Shown here: positions 29,635-40,317 of the stretch, in pieces
Position numbering within the stretch: position 1 is the first letter of the stretch
How the letters are laid out: every line of letters starts with the position of its first letter
NCBI GenBank assembly: GCA_045047115.1
Contig: JASFYR010000038.1
Span: 1 to 54,425 of the forward strand
Source of the DNA: Sulfurospirillum sp.
GTDB taxonomy: Bacteria > Campylobacterota > Campylobacteria > Campylobacterales > Sulfurospirillaceae
Direction of reading: 5' to 3'
Length of the DNA stretch: 54,425 bases
Notes under the pieces: generated by a model
Databases searched by the model: none
What the model saw: only the letters and a program-made list of their open reading frames with translations
Told to the model about the DNA's origin: nothing
Made by a program: the position numbers and the translations under genes

Positions 29635-32600
29635 TCATCCAAAACCGTTCAAGAGTAATTTTTCCATATCCTCAGAACATAAAGGTCTGCTGTAGTAATA
29701 TCCCTGAATATTTATGCATCCGTTTTTAATTAAAAAATTCTTTTGTTCTGTTGTTTCAACTCCTTCCGCAATCAAATCTAAATTTAGACTTTGGGCAAGT
29801 GCTATAATTGCTTTTACTATAGCAGAGTCATCTTCACTGTTTGGAATATAATCAACAAAAGATTTATCAATTTTCAACTTATCAATAGGCAATTTTTTTA
29901 AATAAGACAAAGAAGAATACCCTGTGCCAAAGTCATCTATAGCTATTTTTATACTCATATCATTTAATTTCTTAAGCTTTTCTATCATCTCTTTAGGTTT
30001 TTTCATAACCTTGCTTTCTGTAACTTCCAGCTCTAAATACTTGGATTGTAAACTATTTTGAGACATATTAGTTTGAATATTTTGGATAAAATTTTTATTT
30101 TCAAGATACCCCATGGAAAGATTAAGAGCCAATATCCCCGGGTCCAACCCTTTTGTTCGCCACTCTTTAACTTGGCTCATAGCTTCGTTCATGACAAACT
30201 GATCTATATCTGCTATCATTCCCATATCTGCAGCTATAGGAATAAAATCAGCAGGAGAAATCAACCCTTTTTTAGGATGAATCCATCTAACAAGACCCTC
30301 CATGCCTATAATATTTTTACTCACAGCATCGACTTGGGGTTGATAATATACAACAAACTCTCTATTTTTTATAGCTGATCGCAGTTGAGTCTCTAATGCA
30401 ACTCTTTCAAAAACTTGTTTTGTCATCTCTTGGGAATAAAACTGATAGTTATTTCTCCCCTCATCTTTGGCTTTATACATTGCAGAATCAGCATATTTTA
30501 GCAGATTATGTGCATCTGTACTATCATCTGGAAATAGACTAATACCTATACTAACCGAAATATACAGCTTGTATTTGTCAATCATAATAGGGTCTTTTAG
30601 AGAGTTGATTATCTTTTGGGCTATAACTTTCATATTTTTAGTATCAGTTAAACTGCCTGTGATAATAACAAACTCATCTCCTCCCAATCTTACTAGTGTA
30701 TCTTCGCTTCTCAGTGAGAATTTTATGATATTGCCAACCTCTTTCAAAATCATATCGCCCACTTCGTGCCCCAGTGAATCGTTGATTTGCTTAAATCTAT
30801 CCAGATCTAAAAACAGAAGTGCAAATTTACTCTTATGCCTTTTTGAAGTCTTAATGCTCTGCATAATTCTATCTTTAAAAAGAGCCCTATTTGGCAAACC
30901 TGTCAATAAATCATAATTAGCCTGATACCACAATGTCTCTTCTTGCTTCTTGAGTTCAATCTCAACCTTTTTTCTTCTGGTTATATCTTTTATATACCCG
31001 ACTATGCCTATCGCTTTTCCTTTTTCATCTCTAAAGATTGTCACAGTATTTTCAGCAAATATCTTCTCCTTAGAGTTCTTAAACAACTCTAATTCCATAT
31101 CGAACTTTTTTCGCTTCTGTAGTATTTTTACAAATCTTTTTACTGTATTTATATTTTCATCTCCATATAAAAGTCCTGCGTGCTTTCCTATGATTTCATC
31201 GCTACTATGCCCAAAAAGAAGTTGTGCACCTCTGTTCCAACTCATAATATAACCTTGCAAATCAGTCAAAATTACACAGTCATGAATCTGCTCTAAAATT
31301 TGCTGTTGGTATTTAAGCTTTATATGCAGCTCTTTCTCTTTTGTGATATCTGTTTGTGTGCCAATCATCCTGATAATCTTTCCACTTGCATCTACTATCT
31401 TTTTACCCCTGTCAAGCACCCAAATCCAATTTCCGTTTTTATGCCTTAGCCTATGAACATTTTCATAGAACTCACTCTTTCCGCTAATGTGATCTTCAAT
31501 ATCCTGCAATGCTTTTTTTAAATCATCAGGATGAACCCTCTTTCTCCATGCATCTGTCTCGTTCTTCAACTCATCATCTCTGTATCCCAACATCTCCTTC
31601 CAGCGAGGAGAGACATAAAGAGTATCTTCTATATAATTTCTATCCCATATACCGTCCTTATTTCCTAAAAGTGCCAGCTCCAAACGCTCTTTGAGTTTAC
31701 CAATCGTTTGGTTGTGTTTCTTTAAGCGTCCGTTCCTATACAAAAGAAACAACAAAACAAGAACAAAAAATAGTATAATCTCAACTATAATTTCATAATT
31801 AACCTTTTTTTTGTTGACACTTGACCATTTTGAATATATTTTAGCCTTCTCATTTTGTGTTATCGACGAAAGAGTTTTGTTTATTATCGAAAGCAACAAG
31901 GGATACTTTTTCTGTACAAAATAACTGTGCTTAAACTCAAATTTTGCAATTCCGGCAATTTTTAGATTTGCTAAATGCAAAGTAGAAATATAGTATATTG
32001 ATGTGGCTATGTGACCTACAAAAGCATCGGCTTTCCCTCCTTCAACCAAAGATAGAGCCTCTTTTATATTTTTTGTTGTTATTAATTTTATACCAGGATA
32101 ATTTCTCTTGAGATAGTCATAACTTGAGTAGTATTTTGGCACAGCTATACTCTTTCCTATCAAATCCTTTAAACTCGATACATATTTATATTTATCTCCG
32201 GTAACTATCACCATAGGATATATTTTATATACTTTGCTTGCCATGCCTGTATTTATATTTTGAGGACTTGAAGGAATTATATCTATATCTCTATTTTTAA
32301 ATTTCTGAATCACTTCATCCCAAGAATTTGAGCGTATATACCTAAACTTCAAACCACTTTTTTTGGAAACCAAATCCAAAAAATCACCAAATACTCCCTT
32401 CATTTTACCATTTTCTATGATGGATAATGGCTTCCAGTTTTTCTCGCTGTATGTTACAATAGGGTGTTTTTTAATCCACGCTTTTTCTTTATTACTAAAA
32501 TGAAGACTGTTATTTTCTTCCCTTAAAATCATATTGTTTAGATGTAGAGGTTTTTTAATATATCCCATGATTCTATAGATATTATATATCTCTTTAAGTT

Positions 32601-33453
32601 TGTTTATATTTATCTTTCCGAGTTTATCTGTATCTCTATACGCCAACTCTTTTAGTTTAAATGCTTCAAAAAAAAGCTCAGAATCTGTTTTATGCAAATA
32701 GTTATATTTTTTTTCTATTAATTTTATAGTTTCGCCTATATGTGAGAAAGCATACTCCCACCCCTTAAGTGAAGCTTTGTTAAAATTGATAACCAATCGA
32801 GGATTCTTTACATATTCATTTTTGCAAGTAAATAATATATCGCTATAAAAATCAAACCCAAAATCCCTGGGATTAAAAACATTTATGGGTATTTGTCTCT
32901 CTCTTAGAAGATGAACCTCATTTGATAAATATGCCGATATGATATCAACCTTGTTATCTAAAAACTGTTGCAGCTTATTTTTACTTTTTAATATCTTCAT
33001 ATCTTTTCTGCTTATACCTTGTGAGGATAGCATAGCAAAGATACCAGCAGAAGTTTTAGTGTCTGCAAGCATGGCTTTTTTATCTTTAAAATCCGCGATA
33101 GTGTTTATTCCGGATGTTTTTTTAGTTACTAAAACCAATGGAGAAGATTGTAAAATAGCTGACATAAGAAGTATATCATTTCCCCTGCTTTTGTCCGTCA
33201 ACAAGGAGGTTTTGCCTATGCCAAATGTTGCTTTGCCATTCATCACCTCTTGCGTAACATTCATGCCTGTCTTGAATTTTTTTATATCTACATCAAGACC
33301 AACATCTTTATAATAACCTTTCTCTTTTGCCATATAGTAACCTGCAAACTGAAATTGATCAAACCATTGAAGTTGCAAAGAGATTTCACTATTTGCTTCA
33401 AGTGTCATCAGAAACAAACATAATAAAATAAATATTCTCAAACCATATCCCAC
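29635..33453 (-). CDS. Membrane sensor diguanylate cyclase/phosphodiesterase (NMT1/THI5-like + SBP_bac_3-like + 2 PAS + GGDEF + EAL)
   Basis: Signal peptide, LQLQWFDQFQFAGYY, second binding domain (NWKPLS), TM helix, PAS (VHPDD), RLGGDEF, EGL variant and DDFGTGYSS. Confidence 0.9.
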   Translation of the reverse strand: MGYGLRIFILLCLFLMTLEANSEISLQLQWFDQFQFAGYYMAKEKGYYKDVGLDVDIKKFKTGMNVTQEVMNGKATFGIGKTSLLTDKSRGNDILLMSAILQSSPLVLVTKKTSGINTIADFKDKKAMLADTKTSAGIFAMLSSQGISRKDMKILKSKNKLQQFLDNKVDIISAYLSNEVHLLRERQIPINVFNPRDFGFDFYSDILFTCKNEYVKNPRLVINFNKASLKGWEYAFSHIGETIKLIEKKYNYLHKTDSELFFEAFKLKELAYRDTDKLGKININKLKEIYNIYRIMGYIKKPLHLNNMILREENNSLHFSNKEKAWIKKHPIVTYSEKNWKPLSIIENGKMKGVFGDFLDLVSKKSGLKFRYIRSNSWDEVIQKFKNRDIDIIPSSPQNINTGMASKVYKIYPMVIVTGDKYKYVSSLKDLIGKSIAVPKYYSSYDYLKRNYPGIKLITTKNIKEALSLVEGGKADAFVGHIATSIYYISTLHLANLKIAGIAKFEFKHSYFVQKKYPLLLSIINKTLSSITQNEKAKIYSKWSSVNKKKVNYEIIVEIILFFVLVLLFLLYRNGRLKKHNQTIGKLKERLELALLGNKDGIWDRNYIEDTLYVSPRWKEMLGYRDDELKNETDAWRKRVHPDDLKKALQDIEDHISGKSEFYENVHRLRHKNGNWIWVLDRGKKIVDASGKIIRMIGTQTDITKEKELHIKLKYQQQILEQIHDCVILTDLQGYIMSWNRGAQLLFGHSSDEIIGKHAGLLYGDENINTVKRFVKILQKRKKFDMELELFKNSKEKIFAENTVTIFRDEKGKAIGIVGYIKDITRRKKVEIELKKQEETLWYQANYDLLTGLPNRALFKDRIMQSIKTSKRHKSKFALLFLDLDRFKQINDSLGHEVGDMILKEVGNIIKFSLRSEDTLVRLGGDEFVIITGSLTDTKNMKVIAQKIINSLKDPIMIDKYKLYISVSIGISLFPDDSTDAHNLLKYADSAMYKAKDEGRNNYQFYSQEMTKQVFERVALETQLRSAIKNREFVVYYQPQVDAVSKNIIGMEGLVRWIHPKKGLISPADFIPIAADMGMIADIDQFVMNEAMSQVKEWRTKGLDPGILALNLSMGYLENKNFIQNIQTNMSQNSLQSKYLELEVTESKVMKKPKEMIEKLKKLNDMSIKIAIDDFGTGYSSLSYLKKLPIDKLKIDKSFVDYIPNSEDDSAIVKAIIALAQSLNLDLIAEGVETTEQKNFLIKNGCINIQGYYYSRPLCSEDMEKLLLNGFG

Positions 33454-33632
33454 CTAAAGCTATTGCTATTCTACCAAATTAAAATTCTTATATGATAGCA
33501 AAACAATATAAATAAAAATTTAACTTATTACTCCACCAATTTTTTTGCATCAGCATGAAAAATTCCTACTTTTTCTTTTGCTTTTTTCATATGAAACAGT
33601 TATAATAAATAATCTTCCAAGGAGATAAAACA

Positions 33633-33998
33633 ATGATATATGAAGATAAAATACTCTACATACAAAAAGAGGATTCGGAGATTCCCTGGCTAAAAATTTT
33701 TCCTATAAAAAAATGTAAGGAGCTGAGTGATTGTGATGAGCCAACAAGAGAAAAACTTTTTCAAACAATGTTGCTTATTGAAACAGAGATGATAAAATTC
33801 TATAAACCAAAAAAGATAAATATCGCTATGTTTGGCAACTATCTACCCGAGCTTCATATACATGTAATGGCAAGATTTAAAGAAGATTCTTTTTACCCAG
33901 AGCCAATGTGGGGTAAAAAACAAAGAGATGCAAAATTGCATCTGCCTGATTTTGAGAAATTCAAGCAGATACTTTTAAAACGGCTTGAGCTTTTGTAA
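33633..33998 (+). CDS. HIT-family protein
   Basis: IPWLKIFP and KINIAMFGNYLPELHIHV. Confidence 0.85.
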   Translation: MIYEDKILYIQKEDSEIPWLKIFPIKKCKELSDCDEPTREKLFQTMLLIETEMIKFYKPKKINIAMFGNYLPELHIHVMARFKEDSFYPEPMWGKKQRDAKLHLPDFEKFKQILLKRLELL

Positions 33999-34416
33999 TC
34001 TCACCGCTTTTGATGATCTTACAATAAAGTCCTCTATGATTTTTTATAAGTTTTGGTAGTTTTGTACCAAATACGCTCAGGTGATTGCACAGTGTGCACT
34101 TTTCTGTTATTTCTATGATACTTTTGCCTATCTGCAGTCTTTCAGAGATATTTAAAAGATGCGGGTCAAAATCAAAAAGTATATTTTCTCCATAACTTCC
34201 CTGCTTTAACTCTATACCTTTTTCTTTTGCCATCTTATAAGACTTCAGACCTATTATCATCACAGTTTTATGAAGTTCATCCCCTGCAAATTTGTCATTT
34301 TCTATGCCATATCCCTCTGTCAAAACAAGTTTTTCAACTCTCGGACGAGGCAAACCTCCTCCGTCTTTTGCAACACTAAAAGTATCAATTACTTTTCCCA
34401 GTACCTCTTCCTTCAA
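33961..34416 (-). CDS. MOSC-domain protein
   Basis: GIENDKFAG, GSYGENI, TEKCTLC and RGLYCKIIKSGEI. TTG start at 34416 after AAGGAAG. Confidence 0.85.
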   Translation of the reverse strand: MKEEVLGKVIDTFSVAKDGGGLPRPRVEKLVLTEGYGIENDKFAGDELHKTVMIIGLKSYKMAKEKGIELKQGSYGENILFDFDPHLLNISERLQIGKSIIEITEKCTLCNHLSVFGTKLPKLIKNHRGLYCKIIKSGEITKAQAVLKVSA

Positions 34417-34534
34417 ATTATCTTCCTTAAATAAATATAAAAATATAACACTTATTATACTCTTTATTGATTTAAAATATACAAAAATTGTAGAAATAAA
34501 AATTATTTTGATATAAAAAATAAAAAATTGACTT

Positions 34535-34633
34535 TTGCAAGGGGCCAAAAATGATTATTAAGAGGATGGAAACCATAGCTTCAAAGGATTAGATAGATAT
34601 CTCGATGAAACCACATCATTTTTGGACCATTAA
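34535..34633 (+). pseudogene. C-terminal remnant of a YqiA/YcfP-like alpha/beta hydrolase
   Basis: EDGNHSFKGLDRYLDETTSFLDH* (34562-34633), preceded by a frameshifted LQGAKMII. Confidence 0.55.
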
Positions 34634-34657
34634 ACTCATAAAGTTTATGGTGTATCC

Positions 34658-35752
34658 TTATATCGTAACAAGTTTTTTAATTCCCAAACCAAAATCATCC
34701 CTTAACTCTATATTTGCTCCGTCAAACTTCACTCCTCCTGCAACAAACGAAGATTTACATAAAATGGGAGCATCAAGATCAAGCATAGTTATCGTATCAC
34801 TCCTGGCACTTGCTACATGTACAGCTGCACCGACACTTATAGGACCTTCTAGCATACAACCTATCATGCACTTTACACCATAAAGTTCACATATATCTGC
34901 TATCAAAAGAGCTTTTTTAATGCCGCCACATTTATCTAGCTTTATATTGACAAAATCAACTGCTTTTTTCTCCAAAATATTGATTGCATCAAGCGGAGAA
35001 AAAACACTCTCATCAGCCAGTATCGGTATAGAGGTTCGCTCTTTTATGTATATTAATCCCTCTATATCCTCTTTTTTTACGGGTTGTTCTATCATTTCAA
35101 TCGGAATTTGATTTTTTTCCATACTGTTTAAAAATTCTACACACTCCTCTTTGCTCCACCCTTGATTTGCATCAAGCTTTAATAAAGTCTCTGCATGTAG
35201 AGCATTTTTTATACAGATTATCCTCTGTATATCTTCTTTGTGATTGTCACCCAATTTTATCTTTAAAGATTTAAAACCTCTGTTTTGTGCCTCTATAGAG
35301 TCTGATATCATAGTATCTATATCATTTAGACTTATTGTAATTCCGGTTTTAAAATCTTTCTTACTGCCTCCTAATAACTTATACAGAGGGGTTTTAAAAC
35401 TTTGGGCAAGAAGGTCATACAGCGCTATCTCAACTGCTGATTTTGCACTAAAATTTTTTTCTATTGAATTGTAAACTATATCTGTGAGTTCACTAAAATT
35501 CTCTATAGATTTACCTTTTATCTGCTTCTGTATTATATGTAAAGCTTTCACTATCGACTCTTTGGAATCACCTGTAACTGCAAAAGTCGGAGCTGTTTCA
35601 CCATATCCTATAAGACCACTTTGTGTTTCTATGGTTAGAATTATAGCTTCAAGCTCACTTACGCTTCTTAGAGCCGTTCTGAAGGGTTTTATGAGTGGTA
35701 CTTTAGTGACTTTTACAGCCATTTTTTTAATAAACATTTCGTTTCTACTCAC
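34658..35752 (-). CDS. L-Ala-D/L-Glu dipeptide epimerase (enolase superfamily)
   Basis: KIKLG, DANQGW, EQP, ADES, NIKLDKCGG, GCMLE and DLD. Confidence 0.9.
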   Translation of the reverse strand: MSRNEMFIKKMAVKVTKVPLIKPFRTALRSVSELEAIILTIETQSGLIGYGETAPTFAVTGDSKESIVKALHIIQKQIKGKSIENFSELTDIVYNSIEKNFSAKSAVEIALYDLLAQSFKTPLYKLLGGSKKDFKTGITISLNDIDTMISDSIEAQNRGFKSLKIKLGDNHKEDIQRIICIKNALHAETLLKLDANQGWSKEECVEFLNSMEKNQIPIEMIEQPVKKEDIEGLIYIKERTSIPILADESVFSPLDAINILEKKAVDFVNIKLDKCGGIKKALLIADICELYGVKCMIGCMLEGPISVGAAVHVASARSDTITMLDLDAPILCKSSFVAGGVKFDGANIELRDDFGLGIKKLVTI

Positions 35753-35872
35753 TTTTTTTATATATTAGATGAAATTATATCAAAAAATAAATATTTTACT
35801 TTTTTTTAAGGACAAAACTTTGAAACTGTGGTACAATTAACATGGAACAAAAAAATAAATTGGAGGTAAAAT

Positions 35873-37465
35873 ATGAGAAAACTACTCATGACAGCTTTGT
35901 TGTTCGCAACAACTTTAATGTATGCTGCACCAAAGTATGGTGGCGTATTGGTTTTTGGAAGAAGTGGGGATTCAGTCGCAATTGATCCTGCGCATGTTAC
36001 AGATGGAGAAAGCTTCTACGCTTCAACACAGGTATATAATACCCTGGTTCAATTTAAAAATGGAACAACTATTATGGAACCGGGACTTGCAACATCCTGG
36101 GATGTTTCAAAAGATGGCCTGGAGTATGTGTTTCATTTAAGAAAAGGAGTATATTTTCACCCTACAAAATACTATAAAAAAAGAAATGAATTCACAGCAG
36201 ACGATGTTCTTTTCTCAATCAAAAGACAGTTTGACAAAAGCAACCCTTACAACAAAATAGGCGGTTCTTTCAAATATTGGGGCGCCATGGACATGGACAA
36301 AATCGTAAAAGATGTTATCAAAGTTGACAAATATACTGTAAAGATTACTCTCAAGAAGCCGGAAGCTCCATTTTTATCAAATATGGCTATGGACTTTGCT
36401 TCTATACTCTCAAAAACTTATGCTATGGATTTATTAAAAGAGGGCAAAGCAGACAGACTTGCTAGATACCCTGTTGGAACCGGTCCTTTTGTTTTGGTTA
36501 AGTGGATTAAAGATGACAAGATGATATTTACCGCAAATGAGAACTACTGGGATGGTAAGCCTTATATCAAAAAGCTTATCTTAAAAGTCATCACCAACTC
36601 TTCAGTTAGAGCAGCTGAATTGAAAGTCGGCTCTATCCATGTTATGGATTTCCCAAATCCTGAAGAGATTGCAGGACTTGAAGCAAATCCTGACATAAAA
36701 CTTGTAAAACAAGAGGGGTTAAATGTAGGCTATCTTGCACTTGACCAAGTAAAATTTGCTCCATTTAGAGATGTAAGAGTAAGAAGAGCTATAAACTACG
36801 CTATCAACAAAGAGGCTATAGTAAAAGCTATCTATGCTGGTTTTGGTAAGCCTGCATACTCTCCGATACCTCCTACAATGTGGAGTTATAATCCAAACAT
36901 CAAAAAATTCAAGTACAATCCTGAAAAAGCCAAGCAACTTCTAAAAGAGGCTGGATATCCAAAGCTATCGTTTGAGCTTTGGGCAATGCCAGTGGCTCGT
37001 CCATATATGCCAAACGCAAGAAAAGTGGCTGAAGCTATGCAAGCAGACTTGGCAAAAGTAGGGGTTACAACAAAAATCGTAAGTTATGACTGGGGTACCT
37101 ATCTTGACAAAGGAAGACACTTTGAAGATGACTCTTGTCTTCTAGGCTGGACAGGTGACAATGGCGATCCTGATAACTTCTTAAATGTTCTTTTGACTTC
37201 AAACGCTGCAAAAGTTCCTGCTGCAAACAGAGCAGGCTGGAAAAATCCGGAATTTGACGCACTAATCGCAAAAGCAAAAACTACAACTGACATGAAAGAG
37301 AGAACTAAACTCTACATGAAAGCTCAAGAGATTTTTGCAGATCAGGTTCCTTGGGTAACAATAGCCAACTCTTTGGTTGTTGAGCCTATCAGAAAAAGTG
37401 TTATGAACTTCAAACTTGACCCTATGGGCAAGAGAAGATTCAATAAAGTTTGGTTTGACAAATAG
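35873..37465 (+). CDS. dppA: Dipeptide ABC transporter substrate-binding protein
   Basis: Signal peptide, PGLATSW, PVGTGPF, AMPVARPYMPN and GWTGDNGDPDNF. Confidence 0.93.
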   Translation: MRKLLMTALLFATTLMYAAPKYGGVLVFGRSGDSVAIDPAHVTDGESFYASTQVYNTLVQFKNGTTIMEPGLATSWDVSKDGLEYVFHLRKGVYFHPTKYYKKRNEFTADDVLFSIKRQFDKSNPYNKIGGSFKYWGAMDMDKIVKDVIKVDKYTVKITLKKPEAPFLSNMAMDFASILSKTYAMDLLKEGKADRLARYPVGTGPFVLVKWIKDDKMIFTANENYWDGKPYIKKLILKVITNSSVRAAELKVGSIHVMDFPNPEEIAGLEANPDIKLVKQEGLNVGYLALDQVKFAPFRDVRVRRAINYAINKEAIVKAIYAGFGKPAYSPIPPTMWSYNPNIKKFKYNPEKAKQLLKEAGYPKLSFELWAMPVARPYMPNARKVAEAMQADLAKVGVTTKIVSYDWGTYLDKGRHFEDDSCLLGWTGDNGDPDNFLNVLLTSNAAKVPAANRAGWKNPEFDALIAKAKTTTDMKERTKLYMKAQEIFADQVPWVTIANSLVVEPIRKSVMNFKLDPMGKRRFNKVWFDK

Positions 37466-37474
37466 AACCTCTAC

Positions 37475-37503
37475 ACGTAAAGAGAGTGCCACTCTCTTTA
37501 CGT
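37475..37503 (+). terminator. Stem-loop after dppA (stabiliser or attenuator)
   Basis: ACGTAAAGAGAGTG-C-CACTCTCTTTACGT perfect dyad. No U-tract follows. Confidence 0.55.
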
Positions 37504-37517
37504 CACTGCAATTTTCA

Positions 37518-37563
37518 CTGAACTTACGCACTGTTTATAACTATAATCCGTGCGTAAGTTCAG
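37518..37563. repeat. 14-bp inverted repeat element (micro-MITE-like)
   Basis: CTGAACTTACGCAC-N18-GTGCGTAAGTTCAG. Confidence 0.6.
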
Positions 37564-37586
37564 ATACTAAATATTAAGGAGAATTT

Positions 37587-38591
37587 TTGTTTTCTTACAT
37601 TGTAAAGAGATTGCTCTGGACAATTCCCACACTCTTTGGCGTTACCTTACTCGTTTTTTCAATGGTTCACTTAACACCCGGCGATCCAGCCGCTGCCATA
37701 CTCGGCGATAAAGCAAACAAGCAGTCTATCGCTGATTTGCGAGCTCAAATGGGGCTTGATAAGCCTCTATATATGCAGTATTTTATCTATATAAAAAATC
37801 TCTCACACGGAGATTTTGGAAAATCTGCAAACAGCAACGAAGAGGTGCTAACCGAATTTAAAGACAGATTTCCAGCTACGGTTGAACTCTCTATGGTTGC
37901 GATGTTTTTTGCTGTTTTTTTAGGTATAGGTGCAGGAATCATTTCTGCCGTCAAACGATACTCAATATTTGACTACGGGAGCATGTTTGGAGCTCTTGCG
38001 GGGGTGTCGATGCCCGTCTTTTGGCTTGGGCTTGTGCTTATATACTTTTTCTCCGTACGGCTCGGATGGCTACCGGTTTCCGGACGACTTGGATATGAGT
38101 TTGATATAGACAATATAACAGGACTCTATCTGGTTGATTCGATTTTAACGGACAATATACCTGCTTTTTGGGATGCCTTAAAACATCTCATACTTCCTGC
38201 TATTGCACTTGGAACTATCCCCATGGCGATAATCGCAAGAATGACAAGAAGCAGTATGATAGAGGTGATGAAAGAGGAGTATATAAAAACCGCACGAGCA
38301 AAAGGGTGCAGTAGATTTCAAGTCATATTTATCCATGCCCTAAGAAATGCTTTGATGCCTGTTGTCACTATAATCGGTCTGATGTTGGGCAGTCTTTTTG
38401 CAGGTGCAATTCTAACTGAAACTACATTTTCATGGCCGGGAATCGGAAAGTGGCTGGTAAATGCAGTCTATCAGAGAGATTTTCCGGTTATCCAGTCAAC
38501 TACACTTATAATCGCAATCATCTTCATAATAGTAAACTTTATTGTTGATCTGTTATATGCTTTTATAAATCCTAAAATAAGGCTCAGCTAA
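37587..38591 (+). CDS. dppB: Dipeptide ABC transporter permease
   Basis: PGDPA, RFPATVEL, YIKTARAKG and HALRNA. Confidence 0.93.
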   Translation: MFSYIVKRLLWTIPTLFGVTLLVFSMVHLTPGDPAAAILGDKANKQSIADLRAQMGLDKPLYMQYFIYIKNLSHGDFGKSANSNEEVLTEFKDRFPATVELSMVAMFFAVFLGIGAGIISAVKRYSIFDYGSMFGALAGVSMPVFWLGLVLIYFFSVRLGWLPVSGRLGYEFDIDNITGLYLVDSILTDNIPAFWDALKHLILPAIALGTIPMAIIARMTRSSMIEVMKEEYIKTARAKGCSRFQVIFIHALRNALMPVVTIIGLMLGSLFAGAILTETTFSWPGIGKWLVNAVYQRDFPVIQSTTLIIAIIFIIVNFIVDLLYAFINPKIRLS

Positions 38592-39451
38592 TGGAAAATT
38601 TTCTTGAATTTATAAAACAGTATAAAAGAAATAAAGCGGCAGTCATAGGATTTATAGTGGTTGTTATGCTTTTGTTGACTGCTCTGTTTGCACCTTTCGT
38701 AGCACCATATTCGCCTGATATTCAAAACCTGGCAGATAGACTAATTCCGCCTATGTGGGATGCAAAAGGCGTGAGTAGCCACATCTTAGGAACTGACGAT
38801 TTCGGAAGAGATCTCTTTTCCAGGATAATTTTTGGCTCTAGAATATCCTTGATGGTAGGAGCTATCTCAGTTGGAGTTTCACTCTCTTTTGGTTTAATAA
38901 TGGGTATAGTTGCAGCATATTTTGGTGGAAAAACAGATCTTTTTATCATGCGAATTGTTGATATTATGCTCTCCATACCCGCCATTTTACTTGCCATTGT
39001 AATCGTATCTATACTGGGACCCAGTCTCTTTAGCGCAATGACGGCTATAGGAATAGTCGGAATTCCTACTTATGCAAGAATTGTAAGGGCTTCTGTTTTA
39101 GCAGAAAGAGAAAAAGAGTATGTGATAGCAAGTCGGATAAACGGCTCGTCAAACACAAGATTAATGTTTGCCGTGATATTACCAAACTGTGCGAGTCCTA
39201 TCATAGTGCAGGCTACCATGGGATTTGCTTCTGCTGTTTTAGAAGCTGCCGGACTTAGCTTTTTAGGTCTTGGCGCCCAACCTCCAACTCCTGAATGGGG
39301 CGCTATGCTTAGTGATTCACTAGAATTTATAACAACTGCATCCTGGATGATTTTCTATCCCGGTCTTGCTATATTTTTGACTGTTCTTAGTTTTAATCTT
39401 ATGGGCGATGGACTTATGGATGTACTGGATCCAAAGTTAAAGGATAAGTGA
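38591..39451 (+). CDS. dppC: Dipeptide ABC transporter permease
   Basis: LGTDDFGRD and [16 protein letters not shown]. Confidence 0.93.
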   Translation: MENFLEFIKQYKRNKAAVIGFIVVVMLLLTALFAPFVAPYSPDIQNLADRLIPPMWDAKGVSSHILGTDDFGRDLFSRIIFGSRISLMVGAISVGVSLSFGLIMGIVAAYFGGKTDLFIMRIVDIMLSIPAILLAIVIVSILGPSLFSAMTAIGIVGIPTYARIVRASVLAEREKEYVIASRINGSSNTRLMFAVILPNCASPIIVQATMGFASAVLEAAGLSFLGLGAQPPTPEWGAMLSDSLEFITTASWMIFYPGLAIFLTVLSFNLMGDGLMDVLDPKLKDK

Positions 39452-40317
39452 TGAAAAATCTACTCGAAGTAAAAAATTTAAAGACATTTTTCTACTCTGA
39501 TACTGGAGTAAACAAAGCAGTAAATGATGTGAGTTTTGAGATACCAAAAGGAAAGACAGTATGTATAGTAGGTGAAAGCGGTAGCGGAAAAAGTATAACA
39601 TCTCTATCTATACTAAGGCTGATAGACCATCCAGGCGAAATAGAAGAAGGGGAAGTCCTGCTGGACGGAACAGACCTCCTGAAACTCAGCGATGCAGAAA
39701 TGAGAAAAGTCAGAGGTCGTGAAATTTCCATGATATTTCAAGAGCCCATGACATCTTTAAATCCATCCTATACAGTTGGATATCAGATAGATGAAGCACT
39801 TAGACTCCATCAAAAACATCTAAATAGAAAACAGAGATTTGAAAAAGTTGTCGAATCTCTTGATTTGGTAGGCATTCCTGACCCTAGAGAAAAATACAGA
39901 GAGTATCCTTTCAAACTAAGTGGCGGGCAGAGACAAAGAGTGATGATTGCAATCGCTATGGCCTGTGAGCCAAAGCTACTCATAGCAGATGAACCTACAA
40001 CAGCACTTGATGTAACTATCCAAGCTCAGGTGTTAGATCTTATGAATAATTTGCAAAAAAAGAAAGGCACATCCATACTTTTTATAACCCATGACTTGGG
40101 AGTAGTCTATCAAATAGCTGATGAAGTGGTAGTTATGTATAAGGGGCATATAGTAGAAAAAGCGAGTGCAAAAGAGCTTTTTCATGACCCGAGGCATCCA
40201 TACACCAAAGCACTTCTTCATTCGATTCCGGTGCCAGGAATTACTCCTAGAAAATCAAAACTTGATACTGTGGATGAGAATGTTGACTACCTCTCTTTTC
40301 CAAAGGAGATAAGATGA
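39448..40317 (+). CDS. dppD: Dipeptide ABC transporter ATPase
   Basis: [26 protein letters not shown] and ADEPTTALD. Confidence 0.93.
   Translation: MMKNLLEVKNLKTFFYSDTGVNKAVNDVSFEIPKGKTVCIVGESGSGKSITSLSILRLIDHPGEIEEGEVLLDGTDLLKLSDAEMRKVRGREISMIFQEPMTSLNPSYTVGYQIDEALRLHQKHLNRKQRFEKVVESLDLVGIPDPREKYREYPFKLSGGQRQRVMIAIAMACEPKLLIADEPTTALDVTIQAQVLDLMNNLQKKKGTSILFITHDLGVVYQIADEVVVMYKGHIVEKASAKELFHDPRHPYTKALLHSIPVPGITPRKSKLDTVDENVDYLSFPKEIR

Noticed and set aside
34417..34548. Hydrophobic N-terminal extension of the MOSC ORF
   Set aside because: AT-rich intergenic read-through; RBS and TTG at 34416 are more plausible.
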